Below, one piece after another: positions 20,746-30,558 of a stretch of DNA of 48,272 nt. Positions within the stretch are counted from its first letter, which is position 1. The number at the start of each line of letters is the position of its first letter. Source of the stretch: an uncultured Rhodospirillaceae bacterium (GTDB lineage Bacteria > Pseudomonadota > Alphaproteobacteria > TMED109). Where the stretch lies: NCBI GenBank assembly GCA_964624655.1, contig CAZUXH010000002.1, positions 1 through 48,272 of the forward strand, in the 5' to 3' direction. A program made the translations under genes and the position numbers. The notes under the pieces are model-generated. The model worked only from the letters and a program-made list of their open reading frames with translations, had not been told where the DNA came from and ran no database searches.

Positions 20746-21552
20746 TTACCTAACTCGTTTTAAAGATTGACGATTAAAATCACTATCCTTTAGACCAGAT
20801 TGAAAAACAATTTTTTCAATATCAACCTCGGTTTCTTTCCCAGTGTTATGATTTACCATATGTAAATAATGCGCTCTCCAATATTTTTCTACATACTGCT
20901 TGTAATTAGAAAAGATTAAAGTTTTTAATAACTCATTTTTTCTATCATAAAAATCTATTTTTCTAATTCTATATTCACTTTGGTCCATCCAGACTACTCT
21001 TCTGGTATATCCTGAAGATTTGTCTACAGGATAATCCTCATTTACATAGCAAATTTCTTCTTCAAACCCAGGGCAAGCGATATCTTCTATCCATTTATAA
21101 GTATATTTTTCTACCTCTTGACTAGAAAGATCTTCGTAAGCAAACTCTGATCCAACAAACGAACCCGATTTATTATCAGAACTTATTCTTTTCACTCTTT
21201 TAAGTGCTGGTAAATATAACCACTGATCATCAGGCCCTGCTTTATGAGTAAAAGTTAAAACAGCTGTCCCCGAAACATCTCTAGGATGGTCAAAAACAAA
21301 AATAGATTTATCTCCATCGCCCTCTACCTCTAAAGTTTTAGAATAAAATTCCCTTATACTTTCTTCTCCATGAGCATTTCTAAGCGTCATTACCATATCA
21401 GAAGTTGTATCCTGAAACCCTTGGTCCCTCAAATCAGCTTCTATGGCTAATCGAAGTCCTTTTTCCTCTGGCGTTTCAGCAAAAACTGGTAAAATTGATA
21501 AATTTATAAAACTAAAAATTATCAAAGAAAATATTTTTAAACTTTGTTTCAT
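20746..21552 (-). CDS. LolA-like 'outer membrane lipoprotein-sorting' family protein, periplasmic
   Basis: The 268-aa ORF has a signal peptide (…LSILPVFA/ETPEEK). The core LTFTHKAGPDDQWLYLPALKRVKRISSDNKSGSFVGSEFAYEDL resembles the LolA-like domain family often encoded next to COG1033 RND exporters. Confidence 0.7.
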   Translation of the reverse strand: MKQSLKIFSLIIFSFINLSILPVFAETPEEKGLRLAIEADLRDQGFQDTTSDMVMTLRNAHGEESIREFYSKTLEVEGDGDKSIFVFDHPRDVSGTAVLTFTHKAGPDDQWLYLPALKRVKRISSDNKSGSFVGSEFAYEDLSSQEVEKYTYKWIEDIACPGFEEEICYVNEDYPVDKSSGYTRRVVWMDQSEYRIRKIDFYDRKNELLKTLIFSNYKQYVEKYWRAHYLHMVNHNTGKETEVDIEKIVFQSGLKDSDFNRQSLKRVR

Positions 21553-21570
21553 ACTTAAATTCCAATCTGT

Positions 21571-23871
21571 TTACGATTTATTAAACAATTTTTCTAATTT
21601 TACTAAAAGAGGTGGTAAAAAGAAAAAATCAGCAAGTAAGGCTAAAAATATTGCCATCAATGATAACTGAGCCAAATCAGAATTTATTTTAAAACCTGAA
21701 TTAGCCAAGACCATAAAACCTGCAACTAAAGCAATGGATGTAACTATTAAAGCAAACCCTACTGTAGAGAATGCGTATCTAATAGAATCCTCCGGATTTT
21801 TATCCAATTCCTTCCTGCCTCTTAAATATTTACTTAAAAAATGTACAGTATCATCTACTACTATTCCCAAAGTCATAGCACCAACTATAGCTATAGCGAC
21901 CCCAACTTCTCCTATCAAGTATCCCCATATTCCAAAAGCTAAAAAAGCAGGGAAAAGATTAGGCACCAAACTTATTATACCAAGGGGAAGACTTCTAAAG
22001 GCAAATATAAGAATAAAAGAAATTATCACTAGAGCCATAAATGATCCAAAAAGCATAGAATTAATATTTCTTTCAGAAAAGTGAGCAAACATCACAGATA
22101 TTCCAGACCCTATGGTTTGGAAAGATGGAATATTTTCAGACAACCATATTTGTGCTTTTTCATCTAGACCTCTCAAATGCACTGATGAGGCATGTTGAAC
22201 CGATACTGTCATACGCGTTGCAGATTTTGGAACATTTATTCTACTATTCAAGTCCATGCCAAAAGGAACTGATAGTTCGTACAATAGCATATACTGTGCT
22301 GCTAGTTCCCTATTTTCAGGGATACGGTAGTATGACTGTTGGTCATTATTCATAGCCTTATTCAGTCGTTTAATAGTATCTGAAATAACAGTTACGTGAT
22401 TTACTCCTTCTTGTTCTCTATACCAATCTGCAAATTTATCTAAATCAGCAAGATACTCAGGATTATTTATTCCCCCTTCTTCTCCTGCAGGTACAGAATA
22501 TTCAATGGTATTAAGACCTGTCAAATTATCCTCAAGAAAATCTGAATGAGTCCTGATATCGTATTCTTCACTAAAATAAGTAGTCCAAGTGTCATCTAAT
22601 TTTATATTACTTATTCCAATAAGAAACAGCACTATGAAAACGCTGGTAACTCTAAACAATATTTTTTGTTTAGAAACAACAAAATCTCCTAATCTGTTCA
22701 TAAGAGTATCAGAAAAATGATTATCTATTTTTTTAACTCTGACTGGCAATATAGCCATTAAGGAAGGCAAAACTAAAGAAGCATTAACAAACGCTATCAA
22801 ATTTCCAGCTGCTAGCATATAGCCTAATTCTCGAAAAGGGGGAGAGTCCGAAAAATGCATAGACAAAAAACCAACCGATGTAGTCGCTGCCGTTATAAAG
22901 ACAGGTTTTAAGTTTACTCTCAAAGATTCCACAATCGCGTTGTTTTTATCCATCCCTGTTCTCATTTGCTGTCTTTGAGTACTCATGATATGAACACAAT
23001 GAGCAATAGTTAAAATAATTAGCATCATAGGGGCATTACTAGTTGCCGCATTAATAATAACTCCCATATAGCCAGCAGCTCCCATCATGCCTATAGTCGC
23101 CAGTATAGCTATTAAAGCTGTAAAAAAAGCCGCAAGTATAGATCTTAACGCTATTCCCGCAATAACAAATATTACTAGCAGAGTTAGTGGCAATAACGTA
23201 CTTATATCTCCCATTGAAACTTCTGTGAAAGCAAGTGTTAATGGCACTCCACCTGAAACGTAAAGGTCTATTTCTGGCCATTTTTCAGCAAATATAGCCT
23301 GTTCGTTCCTGATAAAAGTCATGATTTCTACAGTTGCCCCGCCACTAGCTATAGGATCTTCTGGCATTATAGTTTCAACATTGATACCCGTAACCAAACC
23401 TTCCGCATCGACCAACAGACCTTTTATTAAAGGCTCTTCTAATGCAACTATTCGGGCATTTTCAGCAATTTTAGAGTTAATTTCACCATCTTCTACCAAA
23501 TCGCTAATTGTAATGTCATCTCCATCTGCACGTGTCCACTGAAAATTTGTTATAGAGTTTACTCTTCTTGAAAGAGGTGTTTGCCAAAGCCTTTCGGTTA
23601 ATTCTCTAACAGCTTCAAGGTTTTTAGGAGTAAATACGTTTTTATCTTTAGGTGCTAAAACAAGATAAACATTATCGTCTCTTGAATAAGTATTTTCTAA
23701 AGCTTCAAGAGCAAGAAGCTGAGGATTATCTTCGGAAAAGTAAACCCTATTATCTGGATTCATACTTAATCCGCTTAAACCCATTATCCAGAAAACAGTA
23801 AAAAGCACCCCTACCAATAAGGCAAGCCACTTTCTTTTCACAATTAATTCTCCATAAGCCTTAGCGTTCAT
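21571..23871 (-). CDS. RND-superfamily exporter (COG1033/MMPL-like, about 12 TM with two periplasmic loops)
   Basis: The 766-aa ORF has two hydrophobic six-helix bundles, each preceded by a large soluble loop. The N-terminal region KRKWLALLVGVLFTVFWIMGLSGLSMNPDNRVYFSEDNPQ is typical of this exporter family. Confidence 0.85.
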   Translation of the reverse strand: MNAKAYGELIVKRKWLALLVGVLFTVFWIMGLSGLSMNPDNRVYFSEDNPQLLALEALENTYSRDDNVYLVLAPKDKNVFTPKNLEAVRELTERLWQTPLSRRVNSITNFQWTRADGDDITISDLVEDGEINSKIAENARIVALEEPLIKGLLVDAEGLVTGINVETIMPEDPIASGGATVEIMTFIRNEQAIFAEKWPEIDLYVSGGVPLTLAFTEVSMGDISTLLPLTLLVIFVIAGIALRSILAAFFTALIAILATIGMMGAAGYMGVIINAATSNAPMMLIILTIAHCVHIMSTQRQQMRTGMDKNNAIVESLRVNLKPVFITAATTSVGFLSMHFSDSPPFRELGYMLAAGNLIAFVNASLVLPSLMAILPVRVKKIDNHFSDTLMNRLGDFVVSKQKILFRVTSVFIVLFLIGISNIKLDDTWTTYFSEEYDIRTHSDFLEDNLTGLNTIEYSVPAGEEGGINNPEYLADLDKFADWYREQEGVNHVTVISDTIKRLNKAMNNDQQSYYRIPENRELAAQYMLLYELSVPFGMDLNSRINVPKSATRMTVSVQHASSVHLRGLDEKAQIWLSENIPSFQTIGSGISVMFAHFSERNINSMLFGSFMALVIISFILIFAFRSLPLGIISLVPNLFPAFLAFGIWGYLIGEVGVAIAIVGAMTLGIVVDDTVHFLSKYLRGRKELDKNPEDSIRYAFSTVGFALIVTSIALVAGFMVLANSGFKINSDLAQLSLMAIFLALLADFFFLPPLLVKLEKLFNKS

Positions 23872-23936
23872 TTAAATTTTCTCCCTAATAACAAGTTTTT
23901 TACGAAAAGAAACACTCTATAGTTTCAAAAAAAAAA

Positions 23937-23944
23937 TGTATAAT
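23937..23944 (+). promoter_or_regulatory. Extended -10 promoter element (TGTATAAT)
   Basis: A TGnTATAAT match lies about 57 nt upstream of the glycosylase ATG, in the divergent spacer. The background is AT-rich, so a chance match is plausible. Confidence 0.25.
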
Positions 23945-24000
23945 ATTTTTTTTACACTAGCTAGCATTAAATATAATTAAATAGCTTTTGGAGAAGCAAG

Positions 24001-24630
24001 ATGCCAAAAAATATAAAAGCACCATGGTGGGATAAAGCTATATCTCACTTAAGTGAAAATGATAAAATTCTAAAAAAAATTATATCAGAACACAAAGAAA
24101 GTTATTTGCAATATAGAGGTGATCCTTTTAAAGCGCTATGCAGAACTATAATAGGACAACAAATATCAGTCAAAGCTGCAGATAGTGTTTGGAAGAATAT
24201 TGAATTAAATATTACAGAGATAAAACCACATAGTTTTTTAGACTATGGAATAAAAAATATTAAAAAATGTGGCACTTCTGAAAAAAAGGCAGAGTATCTA
24301 TTTTACTTAGCTAACCATTTTATCAAAAATAAAAATTTTACAAAAAATATTGAACCACTTAGCGACGAGAAAGTAAAAAAAGAATTATGTAACTTAAAAG
24401 GAATAGGCCCTTGGAGCGCAGAAATGTTTTTAATGTTTTGTCTATTAAGACCAGATATACTTCCAATTGGAGACTTGGGTTTGAGAAAAGCAATAGGTTT
24501 AAACTATTTTAATAAAAAGTTACCATCTGACGAGGAAATAGGTAAAATTTCTCATAAATGGAAACCCTACCGATCTGCAGCAACTTGGTTGCTTTGGAGG
24601 TCAATTGACCCTATAACAATTGATTACTAG
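24001..24630 (+). CDS. DNA-3-methyladenine glycosylase II-like (HhH-GPD superfamily, AlkA-like)
   Basis: The 209-aa ORF has the helix-hairpin-helix element LCNLKGIGPWSAEMFLMFCLLRPDILPIGDLGLRKA, with the catalytic Asp context. Confidence 0.8.
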   Translation: MPKNIKAPWWDKAISHLSENDKILKKIISEHKESYLQYRGDPFKALCRTIIGQQISVKAADSVWKNIELNITEIKPHSFLDYGIKNIKKCGTSEKKAEYLFYLANHFIKNKNFTKNIEPLSDEKVKKELCNLKGIGPWSAEMFLMFCLLRPDILPIGDLGLRKAIGLNYFNKKLPSDEEIGKISHKWKPYRSAATWLLWRSIDPITIDY

Positions 24631-24680
24631 GTCCAACTTATGATAAGAATTTGCTTGTTTTATAAATTTCAGGAAAAAAT

Positions 24681-26048
24681 ATGATCAAAACAATAGCACA
24701 AATTAAGCATAATTTATTATTAATATTGATTGCTTCCCTATTCTTTTTCTCATTAACATTTTTTTCTATCCAATCTGTAGCTCAGAATCCAACTCCTGTA
24801 GAAACAGATTTTGTAGTTACTCAGCCACTTAATCAATCTGTCCCGGTGATAGGAAGAGTAGTATCATTGAGAGAAGCTAATGTTCCAGCAGCGGTTCAAG
24901 GAAAAATAGAAAAAATATTTGTAGAGGTAGGAGATAAAGTTAAGAAAAATGATGTATTAGCAGTCATTGACATTGAGTACTACAAATGGCTGGAAAAAAA
25001 AGCTTTAGCTGGAGTCGAAGCGGCAAGAGCGACTCTAGATAATGCTAAAGCTGTAACAAAACTTAGTGAATTAAAGCTCTATAGACTTAAAGAGCAACTT
25101 GAAAGCCCAGCATATGAAGTTGAAGCTGCAAGAGCAACTTTAGAAAATGCGGAAGCTATTACCAATTTGAGCAGATTAGAACTTAATCGACTTGAGAGTT
25201 TAAGATCTTCCCCTGCTTTTAATGCTTCAAAATATGAAGACATACTAAACAAAATGTCCGCTTTGAAAGCAAATGAATCTTTGGCAAAAGCTAAACTAAA
25301 TATTGCCCTACAAAACGAAGAATTATCTAGTTATAAAGTTAAATATGAAGACCTAAAAACTGAAATTACTGCATTGATAGCAAACGAAGAAATTGCAAAA
25401 GCTAATCTAAATTCAGCTTTACAAGACTATAAAGTAGCTAAACAAAATTTGGAAAGGTCAGAGGTTAAGGCTTCATTCGGAGGAGTAATTGAAAAAAGAG
25501 AAATAGAAGTTGGAGAAGCGGTGGGTTTAGGATTTACTTTATTTTCTCTGGTTAGCGACACCCTGCTTGAGATAGAAGCCGATGTTCCTGTAAACAGAAC
25601 CAGATTACTAAAACCCGAAGAAGAACTTATGGCAAAAACATCTGATAATATATCTTTTTCATCAAATTTAAGATCTATAGGCGTAAGACAAAATTCATCA
25701 ACCAGAACCATACAGGTTAGACTTAGTTTTCAATCTGAAAAAATAAACAGAACTGTTTATGTAGGCGAAAATATAACGGTTTCTATTCCTATAGGACCTG
25801 GAATTATTTCTGCCACAGTTCATAAAGATGCCATTTTAAAAAGAGAAGGGTTATCCTTAGTATACGTATTAAAAGATGGAATCGCCCAAATTAAACCAGT
25901 GGAACTAGGAGATGGAATAGGAGATAGATTTGTTATAAAAAAGGGATTAACTGAAGGAGAAGAAGTGGTGATTAAGGGAAATGAAAGACTTAGACCTGGC
26001 CAAAAAATTAGCTCTCTAAATAATCCTGCCACTGGAAATGATCAATGA
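24681..26048 (+). CDS. RND efflux membrane fusion protein (HlyD family) with an unusually long, internally duplicated coiled-coil hairpin
   Basis: The 455-aa ORF has an N-terminal TM/signal segment, a lipoyl-like motif (VEVGDKVKKNDVLAVID), and beta-barrel and membrane-proximal regions. Its stop overlaps the acrB-like gene's ATG (ATGA). Confidence 0.85.
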   Translation: MIKTIAQIKHNLLLILIASLFFFSLTFFSIQSVAQNPTPVETDFVVTQPLNQSVPVIGRVVSLREANVPAAVQGKIEKIFVEVGDKVKKNDVLAVIDIEYYKWLEKKALAGVEAARATLDNAKAVTKLSELKLYRLKEQLESPAYEVEAARATLENAEAITNLSRLELNRLESLRSSPAFNASKYEDILNKMSALKANESLAKAKLNIALQNEELSSYKVKYEDLKTEITALIANEEIAKANLNSALQDYKVAKQNLERSEVKASFGGVIEKREIEVGEAVGLGFTLFSLVSDTLLEIEADVPVNRTRLLKPEEELMAKTSDNISFSSNLRSIGVRQNSSTRTIQVRLSFQSEKINRTVYVGENITVSIPIGPGIISATVHKDAILKREGLSLVYVLKDGIAQIKPVELGDGIGDRFVIKKGLTEGEEVVIKGNERLRPGQKISSLNNPATGNDQ

Positions 26049-29000
26049 ATCTTATTAGGCTTTCAATCGAAAAACCGACCGCAGTAGTGGCAGCAATATT
26101 TATGACCATCGTATTAGGCTTCTTAGCTTTAGAAAGAATTCCTATCCAACTCGCTCCAGATGTAAATAAACCTGTAATTACTGTCTCAACCTGGTGGTAT
26201 GGAGCCTCTCCTTATGAAATTGAAAGAGAAATTGTAAACAGGCAAGAAGAGGTTCTAAGAGGAATAGAAGGAGCAAAAAGATTAACAGCAAAAGCTCAAG
26301 AAGGAAGGTCAGAAGTAACTATTGAATTTGATACTAGCACTAACATGGATAAAGCCCTATTGCTGGTCTCAAATCGACTAAACCAAATAGAAGGATACCC
26401 AGAAGAAGCTGGAGAGCCTTGGCTTGATACAGCTGGGTTAGATGATAATGCCATAGCATGGTTTATTTTAACTAAAACAGAAGGGAACGAGAGAGATATA
26501 GCTGCATATGGAGACATAGTAGAAGACATAATACAAGATAAATTGGAAAGAGTATCTGGAGTTGCTAGAACTACAGTATATGGAAGTAGTAGTAAGGAAT
26601 TAAGAGTTACTATTGATCCAGAAAAAATGGCATACTACAGCTTAACTGTACCTCAAATAGTTGAAGCCCTGAAAAGGGCTAATACTTCTATATCTGCAGG
26701 AGACGTTGAAGAGGGGAAAAGAAGATATTTAGTTAGAGCTGAAGGAGAATTTCAAAAACCTGATCAAATCAAGGATGTCGTTCTTATTAGTGAAAATAGG
26801 GAAAACAATAGATTTGGTAGAGTAACCGTTGCAGATATAGGCATAGTAAATTTTACTCACAAAGAGCCTAGATCAAATATTAGATTTTTAGGAGACTCTT
26901 CTCTTGCAATAAGTGCTGTAAGACAGTCAGGTGCCAATGTTATAGAAACAATGTCCGGAGTAAGGAGCACTATTCAAGAATTGAATGATGAAATATTACC
27001 TGGATTAGGCTTAAAAATAGAACAGGTATACGATGAAACTATATACATAGATTCTGCTATAGAATTGGTAAGGCAAAACATATGGATAGGAGGTTCCTTA
27101 GCAGTATTCATATTAATTTTATTCCTTCGCTCTTGGAGAGCAACCGTTATAATAGGTTTATCTATTCCTATATCAGTAGTAGCGGCATTTGTTGCCATGG
27201 CAGCTTTAGGTAGATCAATAAACGTGATCTCTCTTGCAGGAATAGCTTTTGCTGTGGGAATGGTAGTAGATGCAGCAATAGTAGTTTTAGAAAATATATA
27301 CAGGCATAGAGAAAATGGAAATACAGCTAAAGAATCTGCATATAATGGGGCTAGACAAGTATGGACGGCAGTTATGGTATCTGCATTTACAACCGTTTTA
27401 GTATTTGTTCCGATACTCATTATGGAATTAGAAGCAGGTCAGTTATTTAGAGATATTGCAGTAGCTATTTCTGTTGCCGTAACAATGAGCTTACTAGTTT
27501 CGATAACTGTTTTACCAGCATTAGCAAATTGGTTATTATCGGGAGTAAAAACTAAAAAAACAAAAATAATAATAATAGACCAGTTATCCAAAGGTTTTGT
27601 TAATTTTACAGTTGGATATGTTAAAATCATTACAAAATCGAGAATCGCCTCTTTTTTAATGGCAGCTGTTGTAGCCATAAGCACATTAGTAATTTCATAC
27701 TCTATGCTACCTAAATTAGAATATCTTCCTGAAGGTAATAGGAATCTAATTTTTGGTATTATGCTCCCTCCGCCCGGATATAATTTAGAGACGCTAACTG
27801 AGATTGCTGAAAGAGTTGAGAGTAGAGTCAAGCATTTGTGGGCAAGAGATACTGGTCCTAATCCAGAACCTGGACAGCCACCAAAAATTAAAAACTATTT
27901 TTTTGTTGCGGGAGCTGGGGGAAGAACATTATTTGGAGCCAGTGCAATTCAAGATTCTAGAGTAAAAGAACTAATTCCTGTTCTAACTCGTTCATTATTT
28001 GGTGAACCTGGAACTTTTGGTTTTTTTACTCAACCAAGTCTTTTTCAAAGAGGTTTTGGCGGGGGCCGTTCTATAGATTTGGATATAACTGGTTCTGATT
28101 TAGAAAAAGTCGTTGCTGTTGCTCAAAAAGCTGCTGGTTTAGTAAATAATATATTTCCGAGATCAGAAGGTAATCAAATGAGACCTATTCCTGGATTAGT
28201 TTTAGGAGCTCCTGAAATACAGGTCAGACCAAATAGGGTGAAATTAGCCGATAATGATGTGTCAGCTCTTTCTTTAGCTCTCAGTGTAGATGCATTTAAT
28301 TCAGGATTAAGAATTGCCGAGATCACCGTAGATTCTAAAAGAATAGACTTAACTTTGCAAGGAAGAGAAAATGAAATTAAAGCTACTCAAGGAGTAGAAA
28401 ACCTCCCAGTTGTTACTCCCAAAGGAGATATTCTTCCAGTATCTTCACTAGCTGATGTTATTGTAACCTCAGGACCTACAGAAATTAGACACATAGAGAG
28501 AAACAGAACCATTACTCTTCAGATTAAACCAATAGATAGAATTCCTTTGGAAGCAGCAATAACACAAATAAGAAATGAAGTCATAATACCTTTAGAGAAT
28601 CAAGGGCTACCAGTTGGTGTAAAAATGAATCTTTCAGGAACTGCAAAAGAGCTTTCAAGAACCTGGGATGCTATGGTAATTAATCTTTTAGTTGCAATTT
28701 GCATGGTATACCTGCTTATGGCTATATTATTTGAAAGTTTCATTTATCCGCTAGTAATAATGCTTTCAGTACCTCCTGCAGCCGCAGGAGGAGTTATTGG
28801 CTTATCAGTATTAAATCTTAATATCCTCCAGCCTCTTGATATGCTGACTATGCTAGGCTTTGTTATTCTAATAGGTATAGTGGTAAATAATGCCATTTTG
28901 TTGGTTCATCAGTCTTTACAACATATGAAAGAAGAAAGAAAAGGTCCTACTCAAGCTATAGTTGAAGCTACTAGGAACAGAATAAGACCTATTTTTATGT

Positions 29001-29212
29001 CAACTCTTACTAGTATTTTTGGAATGCTTCCTTTGGTAATTTTTCCAGGTGCTGGATCCGAACTATATAGGGGACTAGGGTCAGTAGTAATAGGAGGTTT
29101 AAGTCTTTCTGCAATTTTAACCTTGGCAATAGTGCCTCCAATGCTTAGAATATTTTTATCTGAAAAAATAAATAACTCTCAGAATGAAAAAAAACTAGCT
29201 ATAAGTTCTTAA
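26045..29212 (+). CDS. RND inner-membrane efflux transporter (AcrB/HAE family)
   Basis: The 1055-aa ORF has the N-terminus SIEKPTAVVAAIFMTIVLGFLAL and the conserved TM4 region AGIAFAVGMVVDAAIVVLENI. The two-fold 6-TM plus large-loop architecture is present. Confidence 0.93.
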   Translation: MNLIRLSIEKPTAVVAAIFMTIVLGFLALERIPIQLAPDVNKPVITVSTWWYGASPYEIEREIVNRQEEVLRGIEGAKRLTAKAQEGRSEVTIEFDTSTNMDKALLLVSNRLNQIEGYPEEAGEPWLDTAGLDDNAIAWFILTKTEGNERDIAAYGDIVEDIIQDKLERVSGVARTTVYGSSSKELRVTIDPEKMAYYSLTVPQIVEALKRANTSISAGDVEEGKRRYLVRAEGEFQKPDQIKDVVLISENRENNRFGRVTVADIGIVNFTHKEPRSNIRFLGDSSLAISAVRQSGANVIETMSGVRSTIQELNDEILPGLGLKIEQVYDETIYIDSAIELVRQNIWIGGSLAVFILILFLRSWRATVIIGLSIPISVVAAFVAMAALGRSINVISLAGIAFAVGMVVDAAIVVLENIYRHRENGNTAKESAYNGARQVWTAVMVSAFTTVLVFVPILIMELEAGQLFRDIAVAISVAVTMSLLVSITVLPALANWLLSGVKTKKTKIIIIDQLSKGFVNFTVGYVKIITKSRIASFLMAAVVAISTLVISYSMLPKLEYLPEGNRNLIFGIMLPPPGYNLETLTEIAERVESRVKHLWARDTGPNPEPGQPPKIKNYFFVAGAGGRTLFGASAIQDSRVKELIPVLTRSLFGEPGTFGFFTQPSLFQRGFGGGRSIDLDITGSDLEKVVAVAQKAAGLVNNIFPRSEGNQMRPIPGLVLGAPEIQVRPNRVKLADNDVSALSLALSVDAFNSGLRIAEITVDSKRIDLTLQGRENEIKATQGVENLPVVTPKGDILPVSSLADVIVTSGPTEIRHIERNRTITLQIKPIDRIPLEAAITQIRNEVIIPLENQGLPVGVKMNLSGTAKELSRTWDAMVINLLVAICMVYLLMAILFESFIYPLVIMLSVPPAAAGGVIGLSVLNLNILQPLDMLTMLGFVILIGIVVNNAILLVHQSLQHMKEERKGPTQAIVEATRNRIRPIFMSTLTSIFGMLPLVIFPGAGSELYRGLGSVVIGGLSLSAILTLAIVPPMLRIFLSEKINNSQNEKKLAISS

Positions 29213-29248
29213 AATATTTACTATGTCAAAAAATTAAAGAGAAATACT

Positions 29249-30238
29249 ATGAAATTTATAAATAGAAGAAGAATGCTTAAAATAATTGGAGTTGCTTCAT
29301 TGGGTGGTGTAGCAGGTGCTACAATAATAAATGCACAAAACCACAAATTACAGAAAGTTACTTGGGAAGGAATTTCATTAGGTGCTCCTTCAGAAATTAC
29401 TATTTACCATTCTAACAAAAAACACGCAGAAATTGCTCTTAAAAACAGCTTACATAAGTTATTTTATCTAGAAAATTTATTTTCTTTGTATAATAAAAAT
29501 TCACAACTATCACTACTAAACAAAAATGGAATAATACATTCGCCAGATCCGGAAATGATTAATCTTTTAACTTTATCAAAAAAATACTCTAACATAACTA
29601 ATGGAGCTTTTGATGTAACTGTTCAACCGTTATGGAATTTGTATAAAAAATCATTTAAAAATTCTGGGAAAGCCCCTACTCAGAAAAAAATTACCGAAAC
29701 TTTAAATTTAGTAAACATCAATAATATAGATATTAAAAAGAATCAGATAAAATATTTGGTTAAAGGAATGTCATCTACTTTTAACGGTATTGCACAGGGA
29801 TATATTACTGACAAAGTTGCAGAAGTATTAATAGAATCAGGCATCAATAATACTTTGGTACAAATAGGTGAATACAGAGGAATCGGCGAACACCCTGATA
29901 AAAGGCCTTGGCGGTTATTAATTTCAAATCCTGAACATTCAACGACCATAGGATCTGTTGAATTTGTTAACACAGCAGTTGCTACTTCGGCTGGCATGGG
30001 AACGGTTTTTGAAAACTCTGGAAAATATAATCATATTTTTGACCCCCAAAATGGCTCTAGTCCAAATAAACATTTACAGAATACCGTGACGGCTAAGACA
30101 GCAACTGAAGCCGATGCATTATCCACTGCTTTTCTTATTATGGGCGAAAAGGAATCATCCTTAATTGCCAAAAAAAGAAAAATAGGATTTGAGATTTTAG
30201 ACATTAAAAGAAATAGAAAAATTATTACCACTATTTAA
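29249..30238 (+). CDS. apbE: FAD:protein FMN transferase (ApbE family) with a Tat-like signal
   Basis: The 329-aa ORF has FDVTVQPLWNLY and GIAQGYITDKV, which are ApbE motifs. The N-terminus NRRRMLKIIGVASLGGVAGA looks like a twin-arginine signal. Confidence 0.85.
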   Translation: MKFINRRRMLKIIGVASLGGVAGATIINAQNHKLQKVTWEGISLGAPSEITIYHSNKKHAEIALKNSLHKLFYLENLFSLYNKNSQLSLLNKNGIIHSPDPEMINLLTLSKKYSNITNGAFDVTVQPLWNLYKKSFKNSGKAPTQKKITETLNLVNINNIDIKKNQIKYLVKGMSSTFNGIAQGYITDKVAEVLIESGINNTLVQIGEYRGIGEHPDKRPWRLLISNPEHSTTIGSVEFVNTAVATSAGMGTVFENSGKYNHIFDPQNGSSPNKHLQNTVTAKTATEADALSTAFLIMGEKESSLIAKKRKIGFEILDIKRNRKIITTI

Positions 30239-30558
30239 TCAATTTTATTAATAGGGGAAAAATTTGCTGGAATTAAAATCTTGCTCTCCTGAGATTTTAT
30301 AAATTTTCTTAATTCTGGTAACATTTTTTTCCATCTAGGGTCTTTTGCAAGCCTTGTCCTTCTCTCACTTCTATCATTTAGACTTTTATAAGCCCACATA
30401 TGAACAATTTGATTTAAAGGACCTATATCAGTTGAATAGTAGCCTACCATATGTCCCAAAATTTCTTTTTGTGCTTTTACTCCCATAGACTCATATACTT
30501 TTAAATATTCCGGATGAGTTCCTGGGTGCAAAGTGTATGTTCTCATTTCCACTATCAA
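30235..30558 (-). CDS. NIPSNAP-domain protein
   Basis: The 107-aa ORF has MIVEMRTYTLHPG...HMWAYKSLNDRSERR, typical of the NIPSNAP dimeric alpha-beta barrel family. It has a TTG start with a GGAG 7 nt upstream. Its stop shares TTAA with the apbE stop. Confidence 0.7.
   Translation of the reverse strand: MIVEMRTYTLHPGTHPEYLKVYESMGVKAQKEILGHMVGYYSTDIGPLNQIVHMWAYKSLNDRSERRTRLAKDPRWKKMLPELRKFIKSQESKILIPANFSPINKID

Noticed and set aside
26296-27831. Three minus-strand ORFs (26296-26529, 26974-27420, 27439-27831) inside the acrB-like gene. Similar short antisense ORFs lie inside guaB, rlmE, the acyl-CoA ligase gene, the rhodanese gene, the dehydratase gene, pqqE, the LysM gene, alaS, the RND exporter gene, the MFP gene, apbE, the YhdH-like gene, the amidase gene, the 2-HADH gene, the HCCA isomerase gene, dxs, the cytochrome c' gene, the CBS-like gene and the GST gene.
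   Set aside because: All are embedded antisense or out of frame in long ORFs with unmistakable family motifs. They have no Shine-Dalgarno sequence, no recognisable motifs, and the compositional look of shadow ORFs.
6551-29212. Local G+C differences (dehydratase, pqq, recA and the RND genes look less AT-rich than their neighbours), considered as evidence for horizontally acquired islands.
   Set aside because: This was judged only by eye. The richer segments coincide with highly conserved or membrane-protein coding sequence, where amino-acid constraints raise G+C. No flanking tRNA, integrase or direct repeats are present. A proper windowed G+C and codon-usage calculation would be needed.
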